A DNA stretch of 64,000 bases from Deltaproteobacteria bacterium (GTDB lineage Bacteria; Desulfobacterota; Desulfobulbia; Desulfobulbales; Desulfocapsaceae): contig JAPLJF010000012.1 in the NCBI GenBank assembly GCA_026388715.1, positions 1,649 to 65,648 of the forward strand. The letters run 5' to 3'. Shown in pieces: positions 45,503 through 55,321 of the stretch; the stretch's first letter is position 1; each line of letters starts with the position of its first letter. Made by a program: the position numbers and the translations under genes. The notes under the pieces were generated by a model, which did not search any database, was not told where the DNA came from, and worked only from the letters and a program-made list of their open reading frames with translations.

Positions 45503-46303
45503 CTACCTGCTCTGCCAGCGCCCGCGAACAATCCAGAACAGCACCCCGGTGACGATCATCAGGCTGCTGAGAAGCTGGCCCATGGTCAGCAGACCGAAGA
45601 GAAAGCCGACTTGCGGATCCGGCTCCCGCACCGTTTCCACCAGGAACCGGAACGATCCGTAGCAGATGAGAAAAAGAAAGACCATACTGCCATGGGGCCA
45701 GCGGGGATTTCCCTGCCAGGGCCGATGCTTCTGCGACCAGAGGATGGAGAAAAGCACGACCCCTTCCAGGAACATCTCATAGAGTTGTGAGGGGTGCCGG
45801 GCCAGAGGACCACCTCCGGGAAAGATCATCCCCCAGGGGACATCGGTGACCCGGCCATAGAGCTCGCCATTGATAAAATTGCCCAGCCTGCCCAAGCCCA
45901 GACCAACGGGCACGGTCACCACATAGATATCCGCGACCTTCCAGTAGTCCAGTTTCGTTTTCCGCGCATAGAGCCAGCCGCCCACCAACACCCCGATACA
46001 GGCGCCATGGAACGACATGCCTCCGGTCCAGGTTGCCGGGATCTCCAGGGGGTGGTGGAGGTAATAGGAAAAATTGTAAAAGAGGACATAGCCAAGACGG
46101 CCACCGAGGACCACCGAGAGGATGAGCACCAGATTCATATTTTCAAAATACGCCTCCAGCTCCTGATAAGCAAAGAGCCGGATCTGCCGGCGCACCAGGA
46201 GATAACTGGCCATAAACCCCAGCACATACATAAGACCGTACCAGCGGATATGCAGGGGGCCGATGGAGAGCAGAACCGGATCGATATTGGGGAAGGGCAT
46301 CAT
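45503..46303 (-). CDS. lgt: Prolipoprotein diacylglyceryl transferase
   Basis: 266-aa ORF. N-terminus is [24 protein letters not shown], and it has GGRLGN- and [13 protein letters not shown]-type motifs. Confidence 0.9.
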   Translation of the reverse strand: MMPFPNIDPVLLSIGPLHIRWYGLMYVLGFMASYLLVRRQIRLFAYQELEAYFENMNLVLILSVVLGGRLGYVLFYNFSYYLHHPLEIPATWTGGMSFHGACIGVLVGGWLYARKTKLDYWKVADIYVVTVPVGLGLGRLGNFINGELYGRVTDVPWGMIFPGGGPLARHPSQLYEMFLEGVVLFSILWSQKHRPWQGNPRWPHGSMVFLFLICYGSFRFLVETVREPDPQVGFLFGLLTMGQLLSSLMIVTGVLFWIVRGRWQSR

Positions 46304-48240
46304 GAAAGGCGCACCTCTTTTTTCTTTTCCATTTTTTTCAGATGGACCTGGAGGACGGAAATCGCCGCCGGAGTAATGCCCGAGATCCGTGAGGCCTGGC
46401 CAAGGGAGGTGGGACGCACCGTGGTCAATTTCTGCACCACCTCGTTGGAAAGCCCGGCCAGCCCTTTATATTCAAAGTCTTCAGGCAGGGCCACCGCCTC
46501 CATCTTCTTGAACCTGTCCACCTGTTCCTGCTGGCGCTGGATATAGCCATGGAACTTGATCTGCAGCTGGATCTCATCCCGGACAGATGATCCGGCCAGT
46601 TGCAGGACACGCCCCTGATTCTCCGCGTCCATGGGCAATCGCGCCAGTTGCTCCAGGCCCAGTTCAGGGCGGCGCAGGAGTTCGGCAAGGGACATCTTCT
46701 GTTTGAGCTCAACGCTCCCCTGGGTCAGCAGGGCCTCATTGATCGCTTTATCCGGCTTAACCTGGATGGATTCAAGCAGAAGCACACCCTGCTCAATGGC
46801 GGTCTGTTTTTCCCGATATCGCTGATACGCCTTCTCATCCAGCAGCCCGATATCATGGCCGATCTGACAGAGACGGGTGTCGGCGTTATCCTCGCGCAAC
46901 AGCAGCCGGTATTCGGCCCGCGAGGTAAAAAGCCGGTACGGTTCTTTGGTGCCGCAGGTAACCAGATCATCAATAAGCACGCCGATATAGGCCTGGGAGC
47001 GATCAAGAACAAGCGGTTCCTGGCTCCTGACATGATGGACGGCATTGATCGCCGCCATCAGACCCTGGGCTGCGGCCTCCTCATAGCCGGAGGTGCCGTT
47101 GATCTGCCCGGCCAGGAAGAGCCCGCGGATGCGTTTGGTCTCCAGCGACGGTTTGAGTTCCAGGGGATCCACATAGTCATATTCAATGGCGTAACCGGTG
47201 CGAATGATCCGGGCCTGCTCCAGCCCCTTGATACTCCGGATCATGGCCACCTGGGTGGCGAGCGGCAGGCTGGTGGGCAGGCCATTGGGATAGACCTCGG
47301 TGGTATCCAGTCCCTCCGGCTCCAGAAAGACCTGATGGCGGTCTTTGTCCGGGAAGCGCATGACCTTGTCCTCAATCGAGGGACAGTACCTGGCCCCAAT
47401 CCCTTCAATGATCCCGGTGTACATGGGGGACTTGTCGATGCCGGCCCGGATGATCTCGTGGGTACGGCTATTGGTATAGGTGATATAACAGGGCCGCTGG
47501 GGCAGGGTATACTCGCCTCTATTATCGAAGGAAAAATGGACGGGCGGCTGATCACTGTGCTGAATTTCCAGCTCGGAGTAATTGATACTGCCGGCGGCAA
47601 TCCGCGGCACCGTTCCGGTCTTCATCCGCCCCACCCGAAACCCGGCCTCTTTGAACCATCGGGCCAGACTGGTTGAAGGGCTATCCCCCATGCGGCCGGC
47701 CGGAAAATGCTTGAGTCCCACATGGATCAGGCCGTTTAAGAAGGTGCCGGTGGCCACCACCACGGCCCCTACCCGAATCTCTTCCTCCAGCGAGGTGACA
47801 AGCCCGCAGATCCGGCCATCCTCTACCAGCAGCGAATCAACCACCGCCTGGCGGATCTCCAAACCTTCCTGATTCTCGAGAATGGACTTCATCCGCAGAC
47901 GGTAGAGCAGACGATCGGCCTGGGCCCGGGAAGAACGGACGGCCGGCCCCTTGCTGGTGTTGAGGCGCCGGAACTGAATGGAGGTGGCATCAATATTTCT
48001 GGCCATTTCACCACCGAGTGCGTCAATCTCCCGTACCAGATGCCCCTTGGCCAAACCGCCAATGGCTGGATTACAGGACATGGCGCCAATGGTATCAACA
48101 TTGATGACCACGACCAGGGTCTTGCATCCCATTCTGGCGGCAGCGAGGGCAGCCTCACAACCGGCATGCCCGGCGCCAATTACAGCGACATCATAGGTAT
48201 TTAGGAGCCGTTGCGAAATAACCATTGCATTTTTTTCCAT
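46300..48240 (-). CDS. mnmG: tRNA uridine 5-carboxymethylaminomethyl modification enzyme MnmG (GidA)
   Basis: 646-aa ORF. FAD motif is [16 protein letters not shown], with [21 protein letters not shown]. An ATGA overlap links it to lgt. Confidence 0.95.
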   Translation of the reverse strand: MEKNAMVISQRLLNTYDVAVIGAGHAGCEAALAAARMGCKTLVVVINVDTIGAMSCNPAIGGLAKGHLVREIDALGGEMARNIDATSIQFRRLNTSKGPAVRSSRAQADRLLYRLRMKSILENQEGLEIRQAVVDSLLVEDGRICGLVTSLEEEIRVGAVVVATGTFLNGLIHVGLKHFPAGRMGDSPSTSLARWFKEAGFRVGRMKTGTVPRIAAGSINYSELEIQHSDQPPVHFSFDNRGEYTLPQRPCYITYTNSRTHEIIRAGIDKSPMYTGIIEGIGARYCPSIEDKVMRFPDKDRHQVFLEPEGLDTTEVYPNGLPTSLPLATQVAMIRSIKGLEQARIIRTGYAIEYDYVDPLELKPSLETKRIRGLFLAGQINGTSGYEEAAAQGLMAAINAVHHVRSQEPLVLDRSQAYIGVLIDDLVTCGTKEPYRLFTSRAEYRLLLREDNADTRLCQIGHDIGLLDEKAYQRYREKQTAIEQGVLLLESIQVKPDKAINEALLTQGSVELKQKMSLAELLRRPELGLEQLARLPMDAENQGRVLQLAGSSVRDEIQLQIKFHGYIQRQQEQVDRFKKMEAVALPEDFEYKGLAGLSNEVVQKLTTVRPTSLGQASRISGITPAAISVLQVHLKKMEKKKEVRLS

Positions 48241-48242
48241 TT

Positions 48243-48270
48243 CGTTACGGCTCCTTATGCCGTTTTTGCC
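48243..48270 (-). repeat. Copy 3 of the ~29-nt leader-like motif; here it forms the mnmG leader and SD
   Basis: Minus strand reads GGCAAAAACGGCATAAGGAGCCGTAACGAA-ATG. It contains the hairpin ACGGC-ataagga-GCCGT, with the AAGGAG SD in the loop. Confidence 0.55.
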
Positions 48271-48303
48271 ATCCCAATGATGGTATCATTTTTTTATAAC
48301 GGC

Positions 48304-49170
48304 TTATTTCTTGTAACATTCTTGCTCCAGAGGACGGTCTTTTTTCCACCAGATAAGGGCCCACTGGGGAGGATGTTCGCGGCGGATGGTAATCTGACTT
48401 CCCTCAGAAGAGATGATCCTGGACTCGAGATAGCGCCGTAAAGCGTCTTCTTCCTTGGCGCTGAGGTCTTTGAACATCCAGCCGTAGGCCTGCAGGGCCT
48501 CTTCCCTGCCAGTAAACACCGAATCCCGGTCCAGCTTCAGGATATCAATACAGGGATGAATACCCATGGTATAGAGGATATTGACGGTGTAAATATAATC
48601 CGGGCCTGACTGAAACTCACGGCCAATGGCCGCAAAGGCCGCCGGATCAAAAGGAGTGGGCGAGATCCGGTCGGCGATGAAGACATACTCGCCGGCATGA
48701 TCGTTGAGTTTCTGCAGGGCAAGAGAGAGATTACCAACCGCCAGCGATCGGGAGGCAATGGCAATATCGTGTTTTTCTATACCCAGTTGCTGCCAGTCAT
48801 CTTCCCATGCCCCCTGAATGGTACGGATATTCTGGATATTTTTCGCCTGGGCCTGCCTGGTCAAGACCTCAAGCATCCCTGCTGAGTAGTCAACAGCGGT
48901 TACCGAGCGAACCCGCCCCGCCAGAGGGATAGCCAGTGTTCCCGGCCCTGCCCCCATGTCAAGAATGGTGCAATCAGGACCAAGCGGCAGACGCTCCAGC
49001 AAGAGAGAGACATACGAAGTACCCGCATTTCTGGTGGCAAAGGAAACCGCCTTTCTATCCCAGTCGGCCGCCCCCTTGCTGGACCAGGACTTCTGTTTTC
49101 TCGCATTGTGCCACAGCAGATTCCAGTCGATATCTGCCAGTGTTGTTTCGGGGGGTATAGGCATGGACAT
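48304..49170 (-). CDS. Class I SAM-dependent methyltransferase
   Basis: 288-aa ORF with motif I, ILDMGAGPGTLAIPLA. Confidence 0.75.
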   Translation of the reverse strand: MSMPIPPETTLADIDWNLLWHNARKQKSWSSKGAADWDRKAVSFATRNAGTSYVSLLLERLPLGPDCTILDMGAGPGTLAIPLAGRVRSVTAVDYSAGMLEVLTRQAQAKNIQNIRTIQGAWEDDWQQLGIEKHDIAIASRSLAVGNLSLALQKLNDHAGEYVFIADRISPTPFDPAAFAAIGREFQSGPDYIYTVNILYTMGIHPCIDILKLDRDSVFTGREEALQAYGWMFKDLSAKEEDALRRYLESRIISSEGSQITIRREHPPQWALIWWKKDRPLEQECYKK

Positions 49171-49283
49171 AAAACCACACAGCTCTCAAAAAAGATTGAA
49201 GAAAGAAGTTCTAACCTGACACCTGAAAAGTAGCACAGCTTGCATGCTTCTGCAAGTGAAGCCCGAAAGAGCCATGAAAATGT

Positions 49284-49313
49284 TTGACAGTTACCGGCAT
49301 CTGTGTTTATAAT
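49284..49313 (+). promoter_or_regulatory. Near-consensus sigma-70 promoter upstream of rpmH
   Basis: TTGACA (49284-49289), an 18-nt spacer, then TATAAT (49308-49313), 159 nt upstream of the rpmH ATG. Confidence 0.55.
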
Positions 49314-49471
49314 CTTCTCTTTATTTTTATACTTGTACTACGGCCTCTTTCGACAAAGGGCCGATCAGGTTATTTTATTCGGATGGCCGGAAGGATCAAA
49401 AAGAATTTCAGTCAATCGAGTATTCGATACAATTAGAAATATTCATGAATATCATGGATCAGGAGTGAGTG

Positions 49472-49609
49472 ATGAGTAAACGTACTTTCCAACCAAGTAA
49501 TATCAAGATGAAACGTAAACATGGTTTTCGTCATCGCATGAGCACCGCTGCCGGTCGTTCTATTTTAAGCGCCCGCCGCGCCAAGGGACGGAAACGGCTG
49601 TCTGCCTGA
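49472..49609 (+). CDS. rpmH: 50S ribosomal protein L34
   Basis: My own translation is [45 protein letters not shown]. The SD is AGGAGTGAGTG. It is below the ORF-track size cutoff. Confidence 0.95.
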   Translation: MSKRTFQPSNIKMKRKHGFRHRMSTAAGRSILSARRAKGRKRLSA

Positions 49610-49619
49610 TTGTGGCAAG

Positions 49620-49955
49620 GTGTTCAGACTCCAGAAAAATCATCTGCTGCGCAAGGGGTGGGAGTTTGAACAGGTGTACAAACAGGGCAAGCGATTGCAC
49701 GGTAAAGGCTTTACCCTGATCGTACTCCACAACAACCTTGGACAGAGCAGGATTGGGATCAGTGTGCACAGGCAGATCAAAGGGGCCGTAAAGAGAAATA
49801 GAATCAAACGGATAATAAGAGAGTCTTTTCGCCTGCATCGGGAACTGTACCCAGAATGTGCTGATATTATTTTTGCCATTCGTCCGGGAGTAGATTTTAG
49901 CTCAACTGCTGATATCAATCAGGCAGTGGCGGCAGTTTGTGGTCGAGTAGCGTGA
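49620..49955 (+). CDS. rnpA: Ribonuclease P protein component
   Basis: 111-aa ORF with a GTG start, immediately after rpmH. It has the basic RNR-type motif [15 protein letters not shown]. Confidence 0.9.
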   Translation: MFRLQKNHLLRKGWEFEQVYKQGKRLHGKGFTLIVLHNNLGQSRIGISVHRQIKGAVKRNRIKRIIRESFRLHRELYPECADIIFAIRPGVDFSSTADINQAVAAVCGRVA

Positions 49956-49974
49956 GGCCTGGATACTATCTGCT

Positions 49975-50202
49975 ATGAATAAAAACCTGTCCATAAAGAG
50001 AACTTTTATCTGGCTTATCAAGGGATATCGGTATGTTATTTCTCCTCTGCTCCCCCCCGGCTGTCGTTTTACTCCCACCTGCTCAATCTATGCGATTGAG
50101 GCAATAGAACGCTATGGCGCATGGCGTGGTGTCTATCTCGCCACTCGTCGCATTCTGCGCTGTCATCCATTCTGCCGGGGTGGTTATGATCCTGTTCCCT
50201 AA
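49975..50202 (+). CDS. yidD: Membrane protein insertion efficiency factor YidD
   Basis: 75-aa ORF with [19 protein letters not shown]...[15 protein letters not shown]. Confidence 0.9.
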   Translation: MNKNLSIKRTFIWLIKGYRYVISPLLPPGCRFTPTCSIYAIEAIERYGAWRGVYLATRRILRCHPFCRGGYDPVP

Positions 50203-50317
50203 CACCTTCCTCTTGCAGAGAAAGGATGGTTCACCGGAACAGATCTCCGAAAGATTATAACAGATTTTTTTACAGAGAGGCTCTCTTTGATGGAGCAAAT
50301 CATTTTAGGAATATGGC

Positions 50318-52000
50318 ATGGATACCTATAGAGCACTGCTGGCTGTCGTCATTTCGTTTGTTATTCTGGTTGGCTATCAATATTTCTTCGTGGGTTTTGA
50401 TTCTAAAAAGGCAGTGAATGACCAGACGGCCAAGACCTCTGTATCCTCTGTTACCACTCCAGTTGCCCTCAATCAGACGGGCCAGGCGGCACCCCCGAAG
50501 CAAGAAGCGCTGAAACAGTCTCTGACACCCTCTATTCCGCCAGGACGTACGATTCGTGATATTCTCGTTGACACTGATCTCTATAGCGCAGTGATCACTG
50601 AAAATGGCGGGGCCATCAAGAGTTTTATCCTGAAAGATTACAAAGTAAGCCTGGCCAAAAACTCTGCCGGAGTGCAACTGGTCAAAACCACAGAGCAGGA
50701 AGGGCTCCCCCTGACATTTTCCTGGGGAGACGTGGCCGCCACCAATACCTTCTATAGCGCCGACGCCGACAAAGTACAGTTTGCCGGAACTGAAACCACC
50801 AGCACGCTCACCATGAAGGGCCAAAGCGAGTCCGGTCTTGAGCTGGAACGAACCTACCACTTTGACCGCAATACCTATCTGCTGGAACTCGCTGTCCGGG
50901 TAAAGAATGGTTCTACCAAACCTTTGCAGGGCTCAGCCCTCCTGCATCAAGCAAACCTGCCCTTTGAAGAGGCCGCTAAGGGCTCCAGAACCTCATCGCT
51001 TTTTGCCGGCCCGGTAATCTTTATGGATGGTCAGCGTCAGGAGTTCCCGAGCAAGGAAATAACCGGGGAGCCCAAGACCGTACAGGGAACAGTGGATTGG
51101 GCCGCTTACGACACCACCTATTTCATGTGCGGAATCCTGCCCGTAAATGAAGGCAGCACCAGCGTGACCATGCAGCAAGCAGACAAACTGGTGACCATGC
51201 AGGTTGGCGGCGCCCTTGACGTATTACAGCCCGGCCAGGAAAAAGTTTATAAGTATCGGATATATTTTGGTCCCAAAAAGCTTTCCCTGCTCCAGAAGAC
51301 AGGATACAACCTGGATAAGGCCGTTAATTTCGGCTGGTTTGATGTCATGGCCAAACCCACCCTCTGGCTGTTGAATTTTTTTCATACCTATTTAAAGAAT
51401 TATGGGCTCGCCATTATCCTGGTGACGGTTGCCTTCAAACTTGCCTTCTGGCCCATTGCCCAGAAGGGACTCAAGTCCATGAAAAACATGCAGAAGTTGC
51501 AGCCAAAGATGGCTAAACTCAAGGAAAAGTACAAAGACGATCCGGCCACGATGAACAAGGAGGTCATGAATCTGTACAAGACCTACAAGGTGAACCCCCT
51601 TGGCGGCTGTCTGCCCATGATTTTACAGATTCCTGTGTTTTTCGCTCTATACAAGGTGCTGCTCATGTGTATTGAGCTGCGGCATGCGCCTTTCATGCTC
51701 TGGATCACCGATCTTTCCGCCCCTGATCGGCTGATGATTGGCATCGATATTCCTTATCTGGGAGGAATCCCGGTACTCACCCTGCTCATGGGGGCCTCCA
51801 TGTTCCTGCAGCAGAAGATGACACCCACCACTGCCGACCCTGCCCAGGCCAGGATCATGATGTTTTTGCCAATCATGTTTACCTTTATGTTTTTGAATTT
51901 TGCATCCGGTCTGGTTTTGTACTGGTTTATCAACAATCTGCTGGCTATCCTGCAGCAATATTTAATCAATAGACAAACCAATAAACCATTGGCAGCATAG
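50318..52000 (+). CDS. yidC: Membrane protein insertase YidC
   Basis: 560-aa ORF with an N-terminal TM, a large periplasmic domain, and a C-terminal 5-TM core (LKEKYKDDPATMNKEVMNLYKTYKVNPLGGCLPMILQIPVFFALY). Confidence 0.95.
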   Translation: MDTYRALLAVVISFVILVGYQYFFVGFDSKKAVNDQTAKTSVSSVTTPVALNQTGQAAPPKQEALKQSLTPSIPPGRTIRDILVDTDLYSAVITENGGAIKSFILKDYKVSLAKNSAGVQLVKTTEQEGLPLTFSWGDVAATNTFYSADADKVQFAGTETTSTLTMKGQSESGLELERTYHFDRNTYLLELAVRVKNGSTKPLQGSALLHQANLPFEEAAKGSRTSSLFAGPVIFMDGQRQEFPSKEITGEPKTVQGTVDWAAYDTTYFMCGILPVNEGSTSVTMQQADKLVTMQVGGALDVLQPGQEKVYKYRIYFGPKKLSLLQKTGYNLDKAVNFGWFDVMAKPTLWLLNFFHTYLKNYGLAIILVTVAFKLAFWPIAQKGLKSMKNMQKLQPKMAKLKEKYKDDPATMNKEVMNLYKTYKVNPLGGCLPMILQIPVFFALYKVLLMCIELRHAPFMLWITDLSAPDRLMIGIDIPYLGGIPVLTLLMGASMFLQQKMTPTTADPAQARIMMFLPIMFTFMFLNFASGLVLYWFINNLLAILQQYLINRQTNKPLAA

Positions 52001-52279
52001 TTATTCCATTCTGTGTATCCCCTTTATATTGCGCCTTTCTTTGATCTCCTTGCGCACCGGGAAACACCGATTCTATCAAGACCCCTTAAAAGAAATCAGT
52101 TTTTTTGTTTAAGCTCAAGGCAGATGAAAAATTTTACCACGGACACTCCGCAGGCAATACTCTTGGTGCAGAGATTTCCTGTTCCGAGGAAAATTTTTCG
52201 AGAATAACACCGAGATTAAACGAAAGGACACTTTTTCAAGGTGCCTATTAAATGACAAGTGACCATTGAAGGATAGCCC

Positions 52280-53221
52280 ATGTCTTTAGAAAAAAAAGAT
52301 TTTTTTGGAAAAACAGTGGCAGATGTAATCAAACAGGCCTGTGACACCTTGCAAGTACCCCAGGAACACCTGGATATTGAGGTGATCGAGACAGGCTCTA
52401 CCGGTATTTTTGGTTTTATCCGCAAGAAAGCCCATATCCGAGCCAGGGTGAAAGAGGCTGTTTCTGCCACTAAAATGGAGATTGCACCGCCAGTAGCAAG
52501 GAAACAAACTCTTCCTGTCCTGCAGAAGCCTGCCCCAGCAACCAAAAAATCCGTTCAGCAGGCAGCCATCTCAACAGATGAAAGCATCGAGAGTGAGACC
52601 CTGACCGGCGAGGACGAAGAAGAAGACTTTCCCCTTGCTCCCAGCTCAGAAGAACCACTCAGCCAAGAAAGTATTGATGGAGTGCAACACGAGCTTACAC
52701 TCTTGCTCCAGTTGATGGGCCTTCCCTCAAAGGTAGAAATTGAAGCACAAGGCAGTTCCGTAAGATGCCATATAATCGGCGATTTTGAAGAAGACCTTAC
52801 CGGACAGGAAGGAAAAATCCTGGACAGCCTGCAGTATCTGCTCCGCAAGATCACCGCCAGAAAGATCTCCGAACGGGTACGGATCTCCATTGATGTCGGT
52901 GATTTCCGGGAAAAACGACAGGACGAATTACAGGATCTGGCCAGGGAACTGGCAACGCTCGTCAAGGCAGATGGTAAGACCCAGGTCATCCCTTCATTGA
53001 ACCCATCCGAACGACGTGTTGTGCACATGGCCTTGCAGGATGATAAAGAGATCCGCAGCCGCAGTGTGGGCGATGGCCTGTTTAAAAAAATCCTTATTTA
53101 TAAACCAGGAAAAGCCAAGACCGGCGGTAACACCGCCGACAATCCAAAAAAACGCCCTTCATCCCGAGGCAGAAGGCGCAAAGGAAGCAAACCCACAACC
53201 GAAAGTGGCGAGAACGAATAA
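52280..53221 (+). CDS. jag: Jag/KhpB RNA-binding protein (Jag_N, KH, R3H)
   Basis: 313-aa ORF in the conserved position after yidC. The R3H region is LNPSERRVVHMALQDDKEIRSRSVGDG. Confidence 0.85.
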   Translation: MSLEKKDFFGKTVADVIKQACDTLQVPQEHLDIEVIETGSTGIFGFIRKKAHIRARVKEAVSATKMEIAPPVARKQTLPVLQKPAPATKKSVQQAAISTDESIESETLTGEDEEEDFPLAPSSEEPLSQESIDGVQHELTLLLQLMGLPSKVEIEAQGSSVRCHIIGDFEEDLTGQEGKILDSLQYLLRKITARKISERVRISIDVGDFREKRQDELQDLARELATLVKADGKTQVIPSLNPSERRVVHMALQDDKEIRSRSVGDGLFKKILIYKPGKAKTGGNTADNPKKRPSSRGRRRKGSKPTTESGENE

Positions 53222-53264
53222 GCCGTCATAATAAAATGGTCAGGGATATAAAGGTTGTTTGGTA

Positions 53265-54668
53265 ATGGCTGCTGAAAACGAGACGAGCAATACTATCGCT
53301 GCCATTTCCACCCCTTCCGGAGCCGGAGGGATCGGGGTAATCCGCATGAGCGGCCCCCATGCCCTTACTATCCTGCAACAGATCTTTCAACCCCACGACC
53401 CGGCCTGTTCCTTCCGCAGTCATCAACTCTATTACGGCCATATTCTTGTGCCGGGGATATCCGGTCAGAAAAAAATTGTCGATGAAGTCCTGGCCGTTTA
53501 CATGCGGGCCCCCAGTACCTATACCCGTGAGGATGTGGTTGAGATCCATGGGCACGGCAACTTCCTTGTCCTCCAGTCCATCCTTGAACTCCTGCTCCAT
53601 TATCCTGTTCGTCTGGCCGAGCCCGGGGAATTCACCAAACGCGCCTTCCTGAATGGCCGCATCGATCTGACCCAAGCTGAGGCTGTGATTGATCTCCTCT
53701 CGGCCAGGACCAAAAAAGGGATCGAGATGGCTCAGGGCCAGCTCTCCGGCAGGCTCTATGACCAGGTGGACGCTATCCGCCAGGCCTTGATGCATATGCG
53801 GGCTATTGTCGAGGTCGCCATTGATTTTCCTGACGAAGACCACGAGATTATCAATCATAGCGAGTTGACCCTGCAGCTTGAGACGAGCGTCAGAGCCCCC
53901 CTTGCGGTCCTGCTGCGCAATGCCGAGCAGGGCAAGATCTTCCGTGAAGGGATTACCGTGGTCATTGCCGGGCTGCCCAATGTGGGCAAGTCCAGTCTGC
54001 TCAACACCCTCCTTCAGGAAGAACGGGCCCTGGTCACGGCCATTCCCGGAACCACTCGGGATACTATTGAGGAGTATCTTGATATTGAAGGGGTGCCGGT
54101 GCGCATCGTTGATACCGCCGGAATTCGTGATAACGCCGAAGAGGTGGAAGAGCTGGGAATCCAGAGGGCTAAACGACAGATAGGACAAGCCGATCTTGTC
54201 CTGTTCATGATTGATCCGACAAAGGGGATCAGCGCTGCAGATCATGAGCTATTTTACAGCATCCAGCATAAGCCGGTGATTCTGGTTGCCAACAAGATGG
54301 ATCTATTGCCGCAAGGGCTGCCGGATCTAACGGAATTTGGCAATCACGCCTTGGCGCAGGTCCTGATCTCAGCCAGGAAACAACAGGGAATCACCGAACT
54401 GAAACAGGCCATTTTCAAGGCCGTGGTTGGCAACAGCGGGCAGTGGGAGGAAGATAGCTGTGCACCAAATCTCCGCCACAAAGATGCCCTGGCCCGGGCC
54501 TATGCGGCCAGTAACAAGGCGATAGGTGGGCTGCAGTCCAGGATCACCAGCGATCTGCTGGCTATCGACCTCCAGGAATGTCTGACCGAGCTTGATGCCA
54601 TTGTCGGCGTTACCACAACCGAGGACATCCTGGATCTGATCTTCAAACAGTTCTGTCTGGGAAAATAA
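53265..54668 (+). CDS. mnmE: tRNA modification GTPase MnmE (TrmE)
   Basis: ATG at 53265 (the track begins 6 nt upstream at a TTG). It has IAAISTP.G.GGIGVIR, the G1 motif GLPNVGKSSLLN, DTAGIR, and the C-terminal FCLGK. Confidence 0.95.
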   Translation: MAAENETSNTIAAISTPSGAGGIGVIRMSGPHALTILQQIFQPHDPACSFRSHQLYYGHILVPGISGQKKIVDEVLAVYMRAPSTYTREDVVEIHGHGNFLVLQSILELLLHYPVRLAEPGEFTKRAFLNGRIDLTQAEAVIDLLSARTKKGIEMAQGQLSGRLYDQVDAIRQALMHMRAIVEVAIDFPDEDHEIINHSELTLQLETSVRAPLAVLLRNAEQGKIFREGITVVIAGLPNVGKSSLLNTLLQEERALVTAIPGTTRDTIEEYLDIEGVPVRIVDTAGIRDNAEEVEELGIQRAKRQIGQADLVLFMIDPTKGISAADHELFYSIQHKPVILVANKMDLLPQGLPDLTEFGNHALAQVLISARKQQGITELKQAIFKAVVGNSGQWEEDSCAPNLRHKDALARAYAASNKAIGGLQSRITSDLLAIDLQECLTELDAIVGVTTTEDILDLIFKQFCLGK

Positions 54669-54739
54669 TCAGGAAAATCAGTGATAACGGCCTGTTAAAC
54701 TCGGCCTGATGTTTGTTCTTCGGTTTAACAAAAGAGCAA

Positions 54740-55201
54740 TTACCGACCGCCATTTTCACCTCCTCCGTCGGCCCAGTTCGGATGCCCGGACTCATTACGG
54801 AGAATAACCACAACCCCTTGGCTGATTTCCGTAATTTTCTGGGCCAGGATATAGATAACCCCATCCTGTCCCTGGGCCTTGGAACCGCAAACCGCCACCT
54901 TATCTCCAACTTTTAATGGCATACCTTGCTCAGCCCAATAGCGCTGCGGGCCGAGAACAACCATCATCCTGATTCCGCAGCAGCATTCAATCTCCATCTG
55001 GAGATTGTGGTGATCGATACCTGTCTGAATGGAAAGAATCCGGCCAGTTACTGTGGTAACGGTATTAACATCATAACCGGATTCAAAATTCAGACAACAG
55101 GTACAATTCCCTTTCGTAGTTCCCCAGAAGGCTTGTGCGGAAGCCGGGAAGGACGCGAGAAAGATCAGCAAAGAAAAGAGGATGATTGATATTGGTTGCA
55201 T
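54740..55201 (-). CDS. Secreted Cys-cluster protein with an OB-fold-like (MamS/MamX-type?) domain
   Basis: 153-aa ORF. Signal peptide is MQPISIILFSLLIFLASFPASAQA. Cys clusters are CTCC and CCC. The V..VTG.I...........L.......VVLGP..Y......L.VGD.V.V.G pattern is present. Confidence 0.55.
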   Translation of the reverse strand: MQPISIILFSLLIFLASFPASAQAFWGTTKGNCTCCLNFESGYDVNTVTTVTGRILSIQTGIDHHNLQMEIECCCGIRMMVVLGPQRYWAEQGMPLKVGDKVAVCGSKAQGQDGVIYILAQKITEISQGVVVILRNESGHPNWADGGGENGGR

Positions 55202-55208
55202 ATCGTAA

Positions 55209-55234
55209 AGCGGAGGACGTTTCCGTCCTCCGCT
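55209..55234 (-). terminator. 11-bp perfect stem-loop immediately upstream of the 153-aa gene's start
   Basis: AGCGGAGGACG-tttc-CGTCCTCCGCT. On the minus strand it is followed by TTTACGAT-ATG. Confidence 0.35.
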
Positions 55235-55273
55235 GGAAAACTGGTTGTTGTTAGTCTGCTACCACTGGGTGCT

Positions 55274-55310
55274 ACGTGAGTGGTTGTGGCGCTGCCCCAA
55301 CCACTCACGT
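55274..55310 (-). terminator. 12-bp perfect stem-loop just downstream of the Gly/Asn-rich gene's stop
   Basis: ACGTGAGTGGTT-(13 nt)-AACCACTCACGT, 12 nt after the stop at 55322. Confidence 0.4.
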
Positions 55311-55321
55311 TCCTCAATCCA

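Noticed and set aside
49171-49471. Possible oriC upstream of rpmH
   Set aside because: I found no cluster of TTATCCACA-like DnaA boxes (best match is 6/9) and no obvious AT-rich unwinding repeats. dnaA is not adjacent.
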